Assembly: GCF_001194135.2 (NCBI RefSeq)
Contig: NC_068981.1
Coordinates: 14,988,592 to 15,052,591 of the forward strand
Origin: Octopus bimaculoides
Lineage: Eukaryota
Direction of reading: 5' to 3'
Length of the DNA: 64,000 nucleotides
Shown here: one piece after another, positions 12,125 to 24,058 of the stretch
How positions within the stretch are numbered: position 1 is the first letter of the stretch
Layout of the letters: the number at the start of each line of letters is the position of its first letter
Notes under the pieces: generated by a model
Databases searched by the model: none
Seen by the model: the letters and a program-made list of their open reading frames with translations, nothing else
What the model was told of the DNA's origin: nothing
Made by a program: the position numbers and the translations under genes

Positions 12125-12950
12125 ATTCATGTATAGTAATGCCCTTATATAAATAAATATATTTTGAGGAATAAATGATGGGTTATTCCTTTATGAGGTT
12201 TTTTTCCACGCTAGCTACTTGATAAATTCTTATAAAAGAATTCATCCTATTATTGAATGAATATATATATATTAAAGTAATAAACTCACTGTCTTGTCAG
12301 GGAGTGAACATTGGTTTCGCATCCTCGAAGGCTGGTTCTTCGTGTATGGCACATCAAATTCTAATGCGAAGACAAAATTAACCCTTCCCATCAGGGAGAT
12401 GGAAAGTTGTTAAGGTCTTTGGCCAAATGTTCATCAGAGAATATAAAGTCCAGTTAGTGAGAACGGATTATCTCCCGTAGTTCAGGTATTAAGAGAGGGG
12501 AATGGATTGTAAGGACTCGCCTGATAATGGATTGTAAGGACTCTTCTGAGCTTAGTCAGCGAACGGGGAATCCCGTGTTTGCAGCATGTAGTGTTTGAAA
12601 TTGATGCACGATGTAAAGATTTCTTGAGGAGTATTCAGAAATCAAGGTCTTAAGGATTATTTAAGTATCCTTACTCGATCAGCTATGCAAAAGTTGCAGC
12701 GTCCACTCCGGTTAGGGGCCAGGCCGTTCTAAGACCTTCTACTTGATAGGGGGTACCTTCATTGTTGAGGCGCCACACATGGCTGGCATGCGATGTGACA
12801 AATCCTGATTCTGGTACCCTGATGGAGGACCTATGATTGTACAATCGTTGCTTGAATGCCTTACCGGCTGATCCCATGTATTTCCAGGCCAGCACACAGC
12901 TAGGTTTAACAATAGAATAGTAAATTGTATGTAGTCTAGTAATATAATGC
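12125..12950 (-). mobile_element. Penelope-like element 3' end: GIY-YIG remnant plus 3' UTR/pseudo-LTR
   Basis: KYMGSAGKAFKQRLYNHRSS..SHASHVWRLNNEGTPYQV resembles the PLE endonuclease (YIG..F..R..NH). The downstream 12125-12270 matches the 3143-4112 repeat. Confidence 0.75.
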
Positions 12951-13553
12951 AAATATTAACGATGTAAAAAATAATAATAATCCGCTGTAATATTATGATC
13001 AGGATAACAAACATTTTATTACACTGGTGAAAAACACCCTGAACCTTCCTGGTCGTGTAAATGAACTCTGCAATTGTAGACATATATCTCTCTCTTCACT
13101 TTATAAATATTGCTTTAACGTGATTATATATAAATGCTCTGGACGTTGCACTTGGAAATCTCTATGTATATTTCGGGGTTGTGCAGCTGTAAGGATAAGG
13201 GCAAGAAAAATGTTACATCTTTAGCCAGTCGTTTATGGAAGCTTTCTGACTGAGTATCACCTTGCTTAAATTACTTCATGCAAAACGCAACTTTATAATG
13301 TTTGTAATATATGTAATGCGTGTACATCTGAGACTTATGAAATAATTAAGTGTAAATCAGATCTTATTAACCAGAGACATGACTTAATTATACGATAGCA
13401 ACACATATATCCTATGTCCTTCCAAAAAATATTAAAATTAACGTACGACACTAACCTATACGCACTATTAATACTACAATTGTTGTGAACCACAGTAGGC
13501 CTCCCTCTTCTAATTTGTTTAACACCTACTTTTCTGTTTTTCTCTATATTTAC

Positions 13554-13615
13554 CTTGCTTTGTTCATCCAATCCCGGTGCGGATTGGGAGTGCTTTGATG
13601 TGCAATTCGTCATTA
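13554..13615 (-). CDS. Candidate short exon (62 nt)
   Basis: Acceptor taatttctctttgtAG, donor AAG|GTAAAT. Phase 1 frame is open (MTNCTSKHSQSAPGLDEQSK). Confidence 0.3.
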
Positions 13616-14408
13616 CTACAAAGAGAAATTAATGGTAAATATAATTAGTTTATATCGTCAATAATGATATTGATAGGTTTGGTCACATAAAGAATGTGAT
13701 GAACGTCAACTGTTTATGAAATTATTATTTTCATATCAAATAGTTGGTGTAAAAAACAGTGCATTTTTGACAGTTGGTATCTGAAGTTATACGTATAAAT
13801 GTGTCTGAGAATAATCATATGAGGTGTATGTGTGTGGAGCAGGTATCATTGGTCTTCAACGACATTTCTGTTCTTCTGCATCACCTGTTTCTAAACTTCA
13901 AAATGTTTAGAACGCTTTACTATATACAAAAGTGCCTCTACTAAACCAGATACGTTGTCTTTAACAAACAAGCCTCCAATCTCCATATCTAAACCCCGAT
14001 TTATTTTTCTTCGTTTTCTCCATAATTTTCATTCCCTTTATTCCTTTTATCCGATTCTCTGTATATTTAAACACTACTGTACGGTTAACTGAATCTTCAG
14101 AATGCAAATCGTTAGAGTAAGCGTGTTTCGTATTTTATCTATTTTGCGATATTATTGTACTTACTTTAATTTATTGCGTTCTTTTTCTCAATTCCTACTT
14201 ATCTACTGTCACCACTTCATTAATGCAATCCATAAATGGTAATTCTAGTATTTGTAAACAGTGAATTCTGCTGAAAACATTTCTTCTCTGTGGCAATATA
14301 AGGAAAGTTTTTGCTACTTGCAGCAGTGTCTGCTATTTTAAACTGCCGTGTATTTCTCCTAGGTTTCGTTTTTCTGTAACATTATGGTCTAACCGTGTTT
14401 TAGGGTGA

Positions 14409-14439
<31 letters not shown>

Positions 14440-15361
14440 NNNNNNNNNNNNNNNNNNNNNNNNNNNNNNNNNNNNNNNNNNNNNNNNNNNNNNNNNNNNN
14501 NNNNNNNNNNNNNNNNNNNNNNNNNNNNNNNNNNNNNNNNNNNNNNNNNNNNNNNNNNNNNNNNNNNNNNNNNNNNNNNNNNNNNNNNNNNNNNNNNNNN
14601 NNNNNNNNNNNNNNNNNNNNNNNNNNNNNNNNNNNNNNNNNNNNNNNNNNNNNNNNNNNNNNNNNNNNNNNNNNNNNNNNNNNNNNNNNNNNNNNNNNNN
14701 NNNNNNNNNNNNNNNNNNNNNNNNNNNNNNNNNNNNNNNNNNNNNNNNNNNNNNNNNNNNNNNNNNNNNNNNNNNNNNNNNNNNNNNNNNNNNNNNNNNN
14801 NNNNNNNNNNNNNNNNNNNNNNNNNNNNNNNNNNNNNNNNNNNNNNNNNNNNNNNNNNNNNNNNNNNNNNNNNNNNNNNNNNNNNNNNNNNNNNNNNNNN
14901 NNNNNNNNNNNNNNNNNNNNNNNNNNNNNNNNNNNNNNNNNNNNNNNNNNNNNNNNNNNNNNNNNNNNNNNNNNNNNNNNNNNNNNNNNNNNNNNNNNNN
15001 NNNNNNNNNNNNNNNNNNNNNNNNNNNNNNNNNNNNNNNNNNNNNNNNNNNNNNNNNNNNNNNNNNNNNNNNNNNNNNNNNNNNNNNNNNNNNNNNNNNN
15101 NNNNNNNNNNNNNNNNNNNNNNNNNNNNNNNNNNNNNNNNNNNNNNNNNNNNNNNNNNNNNNNNNNNNNNNNNNNNNNNNNNNNNNNNNNNNNNNNNNNN
15201 NNNNNNNNNNNNNNNNNNNNNNNNNNNNNNNNNNNNNNNNNNNNNNNNNNNNNNNNNNNNNNNNNNNNNNNNNNNNNNNNNNNNNNNNNNNNNNNNNNNN
15301 NNNNNNNNNNNNNNNNNNNNNNNNNNNNNNNNNNNNNNNNNNNNNNNNNNCTCTCTCTCTG

Positions 15362-15422
<61 letters not shown>

Positions 15423-15428
<6 letters not shown>

Positions 15429-16212
15429 CAGATATATAGGGCAGGGAATCGTCAATTAGTAATAACATTAATAATTAACAATTTTGCCGAGTAGCTCAGT
15501 ATGAAAAAACCTTTATCGGTAAAACCATTTAATCTTCTCTTCTGTTTGTGTTCTGTGTGTGCCATAAATATCGCCATCCGTTAGAGAAAAAATTTGTAGT
15601 TTGGAATCAGTAGTTCTTTGACTGCTATTTCTGAATTCTCAGTATGTTGGAGAAGCAGCTCCTGCTAATCCCTGTATATTTATGATTATAAATGGTTTTA
15701 CCGATAAATGTTTTTTCATACTGAGCTACTCGGCAAAATTGTTAATTATTAATGTTATTACTAATTGACGATTCCCTGCTCTATATATCTGTATATTTTA
15801 TTGTTGCCTCTAAGTTGGATGGTTAAATCGAAACCCTTCATAAGGGACTTTTTTCTATACGGGACTATTTGTGACACACATAGAATAGATTATTTGAGGT
15901 GAGGTGTTTTGAACTCACTAGCCGATAAATTTCTTAGTGTCTGCCTCACGTGGTCTTGATGTCGCATGGTCAAAATTCACGTGAGTTATTAGACATTTTC
16001 AAATTTATTCGAATATCGAGGCTGAAGATCGGAATAGGGTAACTTCATACCCTTAACCATGAAACGTCGTACCCAATTAACTAAAGGCAGGTTTGTTTTT
16101 ACGCTTCTCTTCTGTTTTTTGTTCTGTGTGTGCCATAAATATCGCCATCCGTTAGAGAAAAAATTTGTAGTTTGGAATCAGTAGTTGTTTGACTGCTATT
16201 TCTGAATTCTCA
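15423..16212. mobile_element. PLE-style pseudo-LTR: 109 bp inverted arms around a core that is also directly repeated
   Basis: 15423-15531 is the reverse complement of 15689-15797 with ~3 mismatches. The core 15534-15641 recurs at 16104-16212. An HHR-like motif lies between them, and the block starts at a (TA)n run. Confidence 0.65.
16018..16072 (+). ncRNA. Degenerate minimal type I hammerhead ribozyme
   Basis: CTGAAGA at 16022-16028, hairpin agggta/taccct, GAAACGTC at 16061-16068 (palindromic ACGT, GUC triplet). Stem I does not pair in this copy. Confidence 0.45.
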
Positions 16213-16395
16213 NNNNNNNNNNNNNNNNNNNNNNNNNNNNNNNNNNNNNNNNNNNNNNNNNNNNNNNNNNNNNNNNNNNNNNNNNNNNNNNNNNNNNNNN
16301 NNNNNNNNNNNNNNNNNNNNNNNNNNNNNNNNNNNNNNNNNNNNNNNNNNNNNNNNNNNNNNNNNNNNNNNNNNNNNNNNNNNNNNNNNNNNNNT

Positions 16396-17200
16396 ATACT
16401 GGAAAAGATAAGGACAAATTATTACATCTCGTAAAGTATAGAACAAGAAGACTTTTACTTAAAATATTGCAGCTAAGGATAACATTTCAAATAAAATATT
16501 TAGATTTAGAAAATATCAGATTTTATTCAAACTTAAATTTTATTTCAGGGCATTACTGTTATTTCATATTACTTCATACTTCTATTAAACATTTTGAAAT
16601 AACTCAAAATATTTTTCGCACTTCAATAACGATTCATTTTTTTAATTATTAATTAATAATTAGAAATTTGCAAATAGGTAATAAAAAATAATAGTACATA
16701 ATTAGCTATATATTACCATAATCTCCCCATAACAAATTCATAATTAAATTTGTTTCAGTTATTGCCTAAGTTATTGCCAAGACTTCACAATTTTAGTCTT
16801 GACTCCACGCCTATTTTTTACATAATGAATTTACCTATCATGCATACTATTCTACTTCGTATAAAACATTAGCTATTTTAATACCTCTGGCTCTCGTTTT
16901 TTAAGTATTCTAGTGTGTCAATATTTTAACAAAAGGATGGTACCTTTTTTAATTATAATGTTACTTTGTAAATTAAAATCAAACAATTTAGAAAATCCAA
17001 ATTTTATCCTTAGCTGCAAAATTTTCAGTAAGATTTTCTTGTTCTGTACTTTACCAGATATAATAAGTTGTTCTGAACTTTTCAAGTTTAATGACTTGTC
17101 CTGTACTTTTCCAGGTTAATAATTTTCAGAATATTATCTCTCTTGCTCGCATTCTTCCATGTAATACATATTTTCCTGGTTACGCTGTTATGCTACTTAA
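16396..17200. repeat. Dispersed AT-rich repeat, two inverted copies here and a third at 44690-45105
   Basis: 16396-16510 (+) and 16790-17200 (-) share gtaaagtayagaacaagaa...tgcagctaaggataa with 44690-45105 (+). Confidence 0.75.
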
Positions 17201-17249
17201 TGATATGTCAATTAATAATTTAAGATTTTACCTTATTGAAAATTGAATA

Positions 17250-17604
17250 ACTTTAAGGTGTATACTATGCGTGCATGTGAGAAAGAGAGAAGGGTTTTGT
17301 TGTTGTTGTGTGTATGTGTGTCGGCGTGTGTGCGTGTGGGCGTGTGTATGTCGGCGTGTATGTGTGTGTCAGCGTTTGTGTGTTTGTGTGTGTATGAGAG
17401 AGTGACAGGGTATTTTTTAAATTTTCCTCGCAACTTTTTTTTGAGTGAGTGTATGAGTGATTGATTGAGAGAGAGAGAATTAGATGTGTGTTGTCAGCGA
17501 GTGAAATAGAGAGAGAAAGAGATGTAGCGTAAATTTTATTTATTTACTTGTTCTTGCATCAATTTTTAATGTGTGTTTGACTGAGAGAGGGGGAGAGGTC
17601 TTTT

Positions 17605-17646
<42 letters not shown>

Positions 17647-18200
17647 AGGTGTGCCTTGCTCTGAGTTTATGTGAGAGAGAGAAACGGAGAGAGTCATAGC
17701 ATAATTCTTTTTATGTATCTAGTTTTTCTCACATCTTTTGTTAGTGTGTGAGTGTGTGAATGATGGACAGAGAGAGAGAGAGAGGTGTTGGCATTGTGTA
17801 AAATGGCTAGGATCAGTCACACACGCACACACACAAATGTACACCCATTATCTGTCATATACACGTACATGCATACACACATGCATACATGATTTTTATA
17901 TGTGCGTGTGTGTATATGTACATGTATGTATAAGCAGCTCAGTAAAATTTACGCCATCACTCTCAGTCTCAATCTTTCTCTCACTCTCTCTCTCCTCTCT
18001 CTCTGTCACACATACCTCTCTCTCTCTCTCTCTCTCTTTCTCTCTGTCAATCACACATTCACTGAAAAAAGATGCGAGAAAAAATAAATAAAATAATTGT
18101 ACGCTGTCATCCTCTCTTTCTCACTCTCTCACATACACACAACCCACACTTTCTGTCTAGTCCCCCCACCATAAACACATACACACGCCCATGTTCATAT
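17250..18200. repeat. Microsatellite mosaic with degenerate tandem units and an inverted half
   Basis: Units (ttttyctcrcatcttt..gtgtg..(ga)n) at ~17415, 17530 and 17700, with an inverted unit at ~17990-18095. Confidence 0.55.
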
Positions 18201-21200
18201 CCTATCTCCTCCATTTTATGTTGACTGCAAACAAAATGCATATTTCCACTCACAAAAAGAAATAAATAAAAGTTTTTTTACGGAATTTACCGAACGCCGT
18301 AAGGTAACAGCTGAGCTGCGCGCACACTCCTTCGAGTTAAAATGAAAGATTTCCTAAACGGTTCAGCTATTGCCAACCTTTCTAAATTATATATATTTTT
18401 TTTCATTTTTATGACATTATTACATGAATTACTACAGGTGACTTAAACTAATTTTTCCCTACCTCAATGATGCCAGTGACGTATATTGAAAGTCCCTTAT
18501 AGAAATATATTCATAGAATTGTATAGAACTATATTATCAACCTCAAATTGAGAAACACACACTCATTCCTTTTTTGTCTTTTAAAACTTCATTGCATGTG
18601 ATTGACACCATGAAATTCCTCGAATGGAGCTCTATCATTTAAGCTTAATTGAAATATAGTTTGTTTGTAAAATAATAAAAATGTTATTTATATTTAATTC
18701 CAATTTTCTGCCTTACTCATATTTTGTTTCATGATATTTAACCTCACAACTTTTTTCATACATGTTTCTGTTTTATGGGATCAAAACTATGAAATTCTTC
18801 ATGCCTTCTTCTATCATTGAAGTTAAGATAAATATATTTGGTTTTTGAATAAAAAAAATATATTTAGATCTAAATTTGATTGGAGGCGTTACTCATTCTC
18901 CTATAAAGTTGCTAAAAATTTTGATGTACACTTTTTTTCTTCTGGACTTAATCTCAATATTTTTTTATGCCAAAATGTAGCTATAGACCAGTGCTCTTCA
19001 ACAATGTCTTTAATTTTCTTAAGAACTGAATTAGTCATAATGCTCTGAAGATGCTGCCTGTGGGAAAATTGTGACCTTAAGAATATTATTCAACTACTAA
19101 CGAATTTGCATGGTATTCAGGTACCAAAAAAACAATACGTGATAATATATGCGTCATTTAGTTTCCATAAAATACATACCAATATCTTTAGGACTGATGT
19201 GAAAGATAAAATATATATATATTTGAATTGGAAATAGAAAAAAATTATCTCAAATTCAAATCTGTAGAAATTATGTAACAAACTAAACTTAACCTACAAA
19301 AATGTCATTTTATCAATGGAGAAACGAAAGACATTTGAGAGGTCCATTACGAAGCAACTGTCAGTTACGGAGTATTCCGTCTGAATCAGAGAGCGACATG
19401 AACAGAGTGTATGAATATTACTGAATCCCTTTTTTTCCTGGCGTAATGTTTGCTTTTCCCCGCCATATCTGTCCTGCGAATCTATATTTTGACAATTTAA
19501 CAACAAACCGCTTTGAACGTGTATCTGACTCGCAGACAAATCTGAATATGGTTTTCTGTATTCTGAATTATAATTCTTCAGTCACTACATATTTTCTTTA
19601 TATTCAACATTAGTCACGAAAACCAAAGAGAAGAATGCAGGTTTAGCTTTTCGTGAATATCTCTTTCTTATAAAAATGGTTATGACAGGCATATTATTTC
19701 TGCGCATCATGCAAATTTGGCATCCAAATTTGGCATCCAAATTCTGGTTTCTGACGACTTTAATCATGAAAAAGTGCCAAATAAGTGAAATTCCCTTCGT
19801 TATTCTCTTTTTGTGGTTACATGCAATACACAGCAGGCAGACTTACTTGAAACGACCAATGTTCTATTCATTCCAACTCTGACCTTTTATTTATCATACA
19901 CTTTCAGTGCCATTTAGTGCATGAGTGCAAATATCAATACGAAACATGTCAATTCTGATGCCACTCCATCTCGACCTCGCATGTGATTCCAATTAGATAC
20001 TTTGTGAAATATGCAATTCGGGAAAATCCAATGCTCCTATTGAAAGGCTGTTGTGTAACATCATTTAGCTTATCATAAACATTTAGGGAGTCTAATATGG
20101 ATTTAAAGCCAACTAAAAGCTGCTCCCTATCGCTTGTGTAGCGAAGTTAATTTTCATTATATACAAAATATGCGTAGGCCACATAAAAATATTAACATGG
20201 TTTCTCGCAGTGGTGGAATTGGAAGCGAAATAGCTTTATTACATCTAAAGCTGCACTCTATCCGTGTACACCTAGTTTATCTCATCGTCATTTGAACCCT
20301 ACTATAGAAATCCAATGCCTCAAAACATATATACACATGACGTCTGCGAGGCACACATTATTTAAAATATAGTTTAAGTATATGCTTACTGCGTCGTTTC
20401 AACCTAACATTTTTCGCATTAGAACACTTATATCTGTTTTATTGCGTCGTTTTGTATTTTGAATTCATATCCGGCCATTGTCAAGTTTATTTGATAAATA
20501 TCTGCAACGACCATAGGAACCGACCTTCCTACTCTTGGCCGTAATCGTCATTGTTGATGAAAATGAAATCATTTTAATGTATAGAAACATCATGAAAGAT
20601 AGTGATTCAGCTTCAATAGCAAATTTTATGCAATAGAAAATTGACAAATGCATGTGTTCCATCCATTCTCATTTTCCTTCCCAATAAAATACATTCCGTG
20701 CAACAAAGTAGAACATTCATAATTAAATTTTAGTCGGTAGTCTGGCCAAATGGATAACAATATTCCGTGTGCAATGGGTCTATATCTATTCACTTTTCTT
20801 ATTTCCATGCAATAGAGACCTTTAAGTGATCCGTTATTCGATTGATATGTTAAAGATACGTGAATTGGCATTGCTTTGGGAAACTATCATTAATCATCAT
20901 CGATTTGGTCATCATCATCATCACTCTAACCCTGCTACCGTCGTCTCACTCCTCCTCCTGATCGACATCCCCGTCCTGGTTGACATCTTCCTCTACGTTG
21001 TCGTCGCTATCGTCGTTATCCGGAACATAGAAGGGGAAATGTGATCGATAGAATAACGGACGTATCCCCTGTGTACATCTCGGATACATATATAACATCT
21101 GAAAAACTAATTTGTCAAATAGAAGCAAAACATAACACCATTGTTTCAGCTAAGAAGATCTTTTTCACACTTTATTATACCTTCTAGCATTAAAGAAATA

Positions 21201-21559
21201 GCATTATTATATTTAATTGCAAGTCTTCCTAGAGTAAAATCTAATTATTAGCAAGCATTCATATCTTAATGAGTGAAATTGAAACGCTTGTGAATAGCAC
21301 AGAGAGTATGACTGTTCTCTGTGATGCAGTATTTATATCACTGATTCATGAAACTTTTGTTTCAATGCTTTTCACACTGATTGAATATATTTGATTTATT
21401 TTCATTTCTATAATTGTGAAATTGAGAAGGTTTCATTATATTATATTCCATTTAATAGTAGAAGGCTCTGCTTTGTAATTTCCGGCTTTAATTAGTAATT
21501 TCATAATTAAACTGTAATAAGCTGGACGTGATTAATCTGATGCGAGGCAGTTTTCGACA

Positions 21560-22261
21560 ACGATCAGATTGTGTTTAAGAACTGTTTCTGGAAAGAGAAC
21601 TAATAGAGAAACGAGTGTGTATATGACTTTGTTATACTGCTGCTATATTTAAATCGATTCATTAACATGAATGAAAAAGATACCGTCCTGCATCACTGGA
21701 TATTTAGACTTCCTTGTCTCTGAATCTACAGCCGAAGGTTTTGGCAACCTGTCTGAAGAATATGCACACATTTGAAAGAATCCTTTTACCTCCGCTTTTG
21801 GAAAATGATAGTTCCGTGAGCACTAATCCCTTGAACAAAGCCTCCGTCTTTCTTTGTTACTCGTTGTAAAACCACCTCTGTACGTACACACTTCGAAGCT
21901 TTTGCTAAGCCTATCTTCTTCCAACCGACAAAGCTCCTTATACTGCATAAAGGGAAAGAAACTGCGTAAACATGCTTGCTTACATCAATCTAATCAGATC
22001 GCCTCTTTTCACGGTAAAATTTCCGCTAAGTTCAGACATTTAGCATCTGACCTTCACCGTAATTCTTATCAAGCACTTCAATAGCTCACTGCTGGAATAT
22101 AGATTCATGTCTGAAATCATACTGCATTGTGTCTCTTTCTTAAGAATGGTCACACATTTCATTCAGCCAACTATTGTTCTATTGCACTGACTTCTTAGAT
22201 ATGAAGGTAAATGCAACGTACTTTAACAATAATATTTTCCACCGACTTTTAATCTCTGTTT

Positions 22262-22308
<47 letters not shown>

Positions 22309-22800
22309 TTTTTTTTTCTCTATACTACGTGGGCTACCAGTACAGCATCTGTAAAGAGAAACTCACTTAAGAACTACTCTCTTATGTTATTATGTTACTC
22401 AAGAGGATGATCTAGATTTAGAAAATGTTGGCTAAATTAATCATGTTGCCCTGAATATCTGCAAACCTTCGTACATGACTCGGAAACGAATCTTCTTAAA
22501 ATTCCTAACTAGAAGTTCCATCTGTCCCCCTCTTCGGTCAGAAGGACCTCTTTCCGCCCCACTATCAATAAATTGTGACGTGTCAAAGACTTTAGTATTG
22601 CACACCCTAACACATTCTTTTCCTTCTCTCCGTCAATGATCTATTTGCCATCATCTTCAAAGCTGACGAAATTTCCATAGACGAAAGGACACTTTGTGTT
22701 TTTCTAATCTTCCCAAACGCATCCTCAACTGCTTGCAATCTGAACACGACATGTCACACATACTGTGAATGACTGAATGAATGGAGATCTGAGAGTTTCC
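21560..22800 (-). mobile_element. Highly decayed non-LTR retrotransposon RT fragment
   Basis: Minus-strand remnants SALKMMANR, KVRC*MSELSGNFTVKRG and KTEAL in the expected order, with many stops. Confidence 0.45.
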
Positions 22801-22986
22801 TCCAATACGTTCATGCCAATCATATATTTTTTCAAAAACCAGAAGGACGAGTACTACTCATGTGAAGTAAAACACGTCGCATTACCTAATCCTGGACAGT
22901 AGACAAAATGGTGTTCGTGATCATTCCATTTGTTAAGATATCCTTGTACATAAGCATTTTATTTGGAAAAAAGATATTTACAGTTA

Positions 22987-23427
22987 ATAGTTATCGCCAA
23001 CCCAACATGGTAGTCCAAAAAATAGGACGAATGCTGCCGTTGATTAGCTCCAAGAAGACATTGCTTCTAGCTAGCTATGTGACACACGATTCTGTGTCCA
23101 ATATAACATTCGAACAGGGGAGGTCAGCCGCTACTACTTGCTGGTCTGGAATATTCAGACTAGGTAAATAATCCTTCGTACAGACGGTCAGTAGCGACGC
23201 CTGCTGGGTTCGGCTGCTCTACATTGATAAGAGGCAATACCTCGAAACTAGTCTGTAGATGGCAGACCAGTAAAGGGAAGCGGCTGACCTCCCTTGTTCG
23301 AAGGTTATAATGGATACAGATTCGTGTGTCACATAGCTAGCTGGAGGGGATGGCCACTTGAAGGTAATCAACAGCAGCATTCGTCCTGTTTTTTTCTGGA
23401 CCGCCATGTTGGCTTGGCGATAACTAT
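22987..23427. mobile_element. Foldback/MITE-like element with ~177 bp imperfect inverted arms
   Basis: 22987-23163 pairs with 23248-23427 around an 84 bp spacer. Confidence 0.75.
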
Positions 23428-23955
23428 CAATATCCAGTACCGCTTCCGTAGTCTCCTTTAGAGAAACTTAGAAATATTAATATTTCTATAAATTATTTAC
23501 CTTCTATAGGAATGCATTCTTCTTTTTTTTGTTTTTGCAGACCGCTTTATTAGAGCCCTTATATCCACAGTCCAAAATATTTCAGCCGCAAACATTTGAT
23601 ACTTCTTCGGAAAGTATGAGATTCACGGTGTACTCCTGTTTCCATATCTGCTGCTGATAAATATTAGAATTCGAAAATGTTGAATATGTATTACGCCGAC
23701 TAAATGTCCATATCCTTTTTTGGCTTACAAAGACAAATGGCCACACATTCTGAAGGGTGTTATATTCGACATGACTATAGTTATTGGCATTCTGTTTCCT
23801 TGACCCAGAGAAATGTAATGCACGATGACTCTCTTCAGAATGAAGATGCATTGAACTAGATATCCCAATACTAAACTAAATATACTAAGTATTCTAATCC
23901 TATTGCATTTCATCGTACTCTCTAGCGATATTGGTAGTTTACCATCATACCATAC

Positions 23956-24058
23956 CTAGGATAGTCGTCCCTTTACTGAAAAACGTATCAGCTTGTTGTT
24001 GACATTGTATAAGGAACCATTCCAACGCACATTTGATGACTTCTCGCTTCTCGTTTTC
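23956..24058 (-). CDS. Candidate exon (103 nt, phase 0-1)
   Basis: Acceptor ttaatttgtcttttctcAG, donor AG|GTATGG. Open frame ENEKREVIKCALEWFLIQCQQQADTFFSKGTTIL. It could be a mariner C-terminal remnant instead. Confidence 0.3.

Noticed and set aside
12739-13083. 114 aa ORF with a hydrophobic, TM-like stretch
   Set aside because: The hydrophobicity comes from AT-rich att/ata runs, and the 3' part is an off-frame reading of the PLE endonuclease.
13800-14400. Purine-rich minus-strand stretch that might be a PLE/LINE ORF
   Set aside because: Multiple stops and no recognisable motif. Left unassigned.
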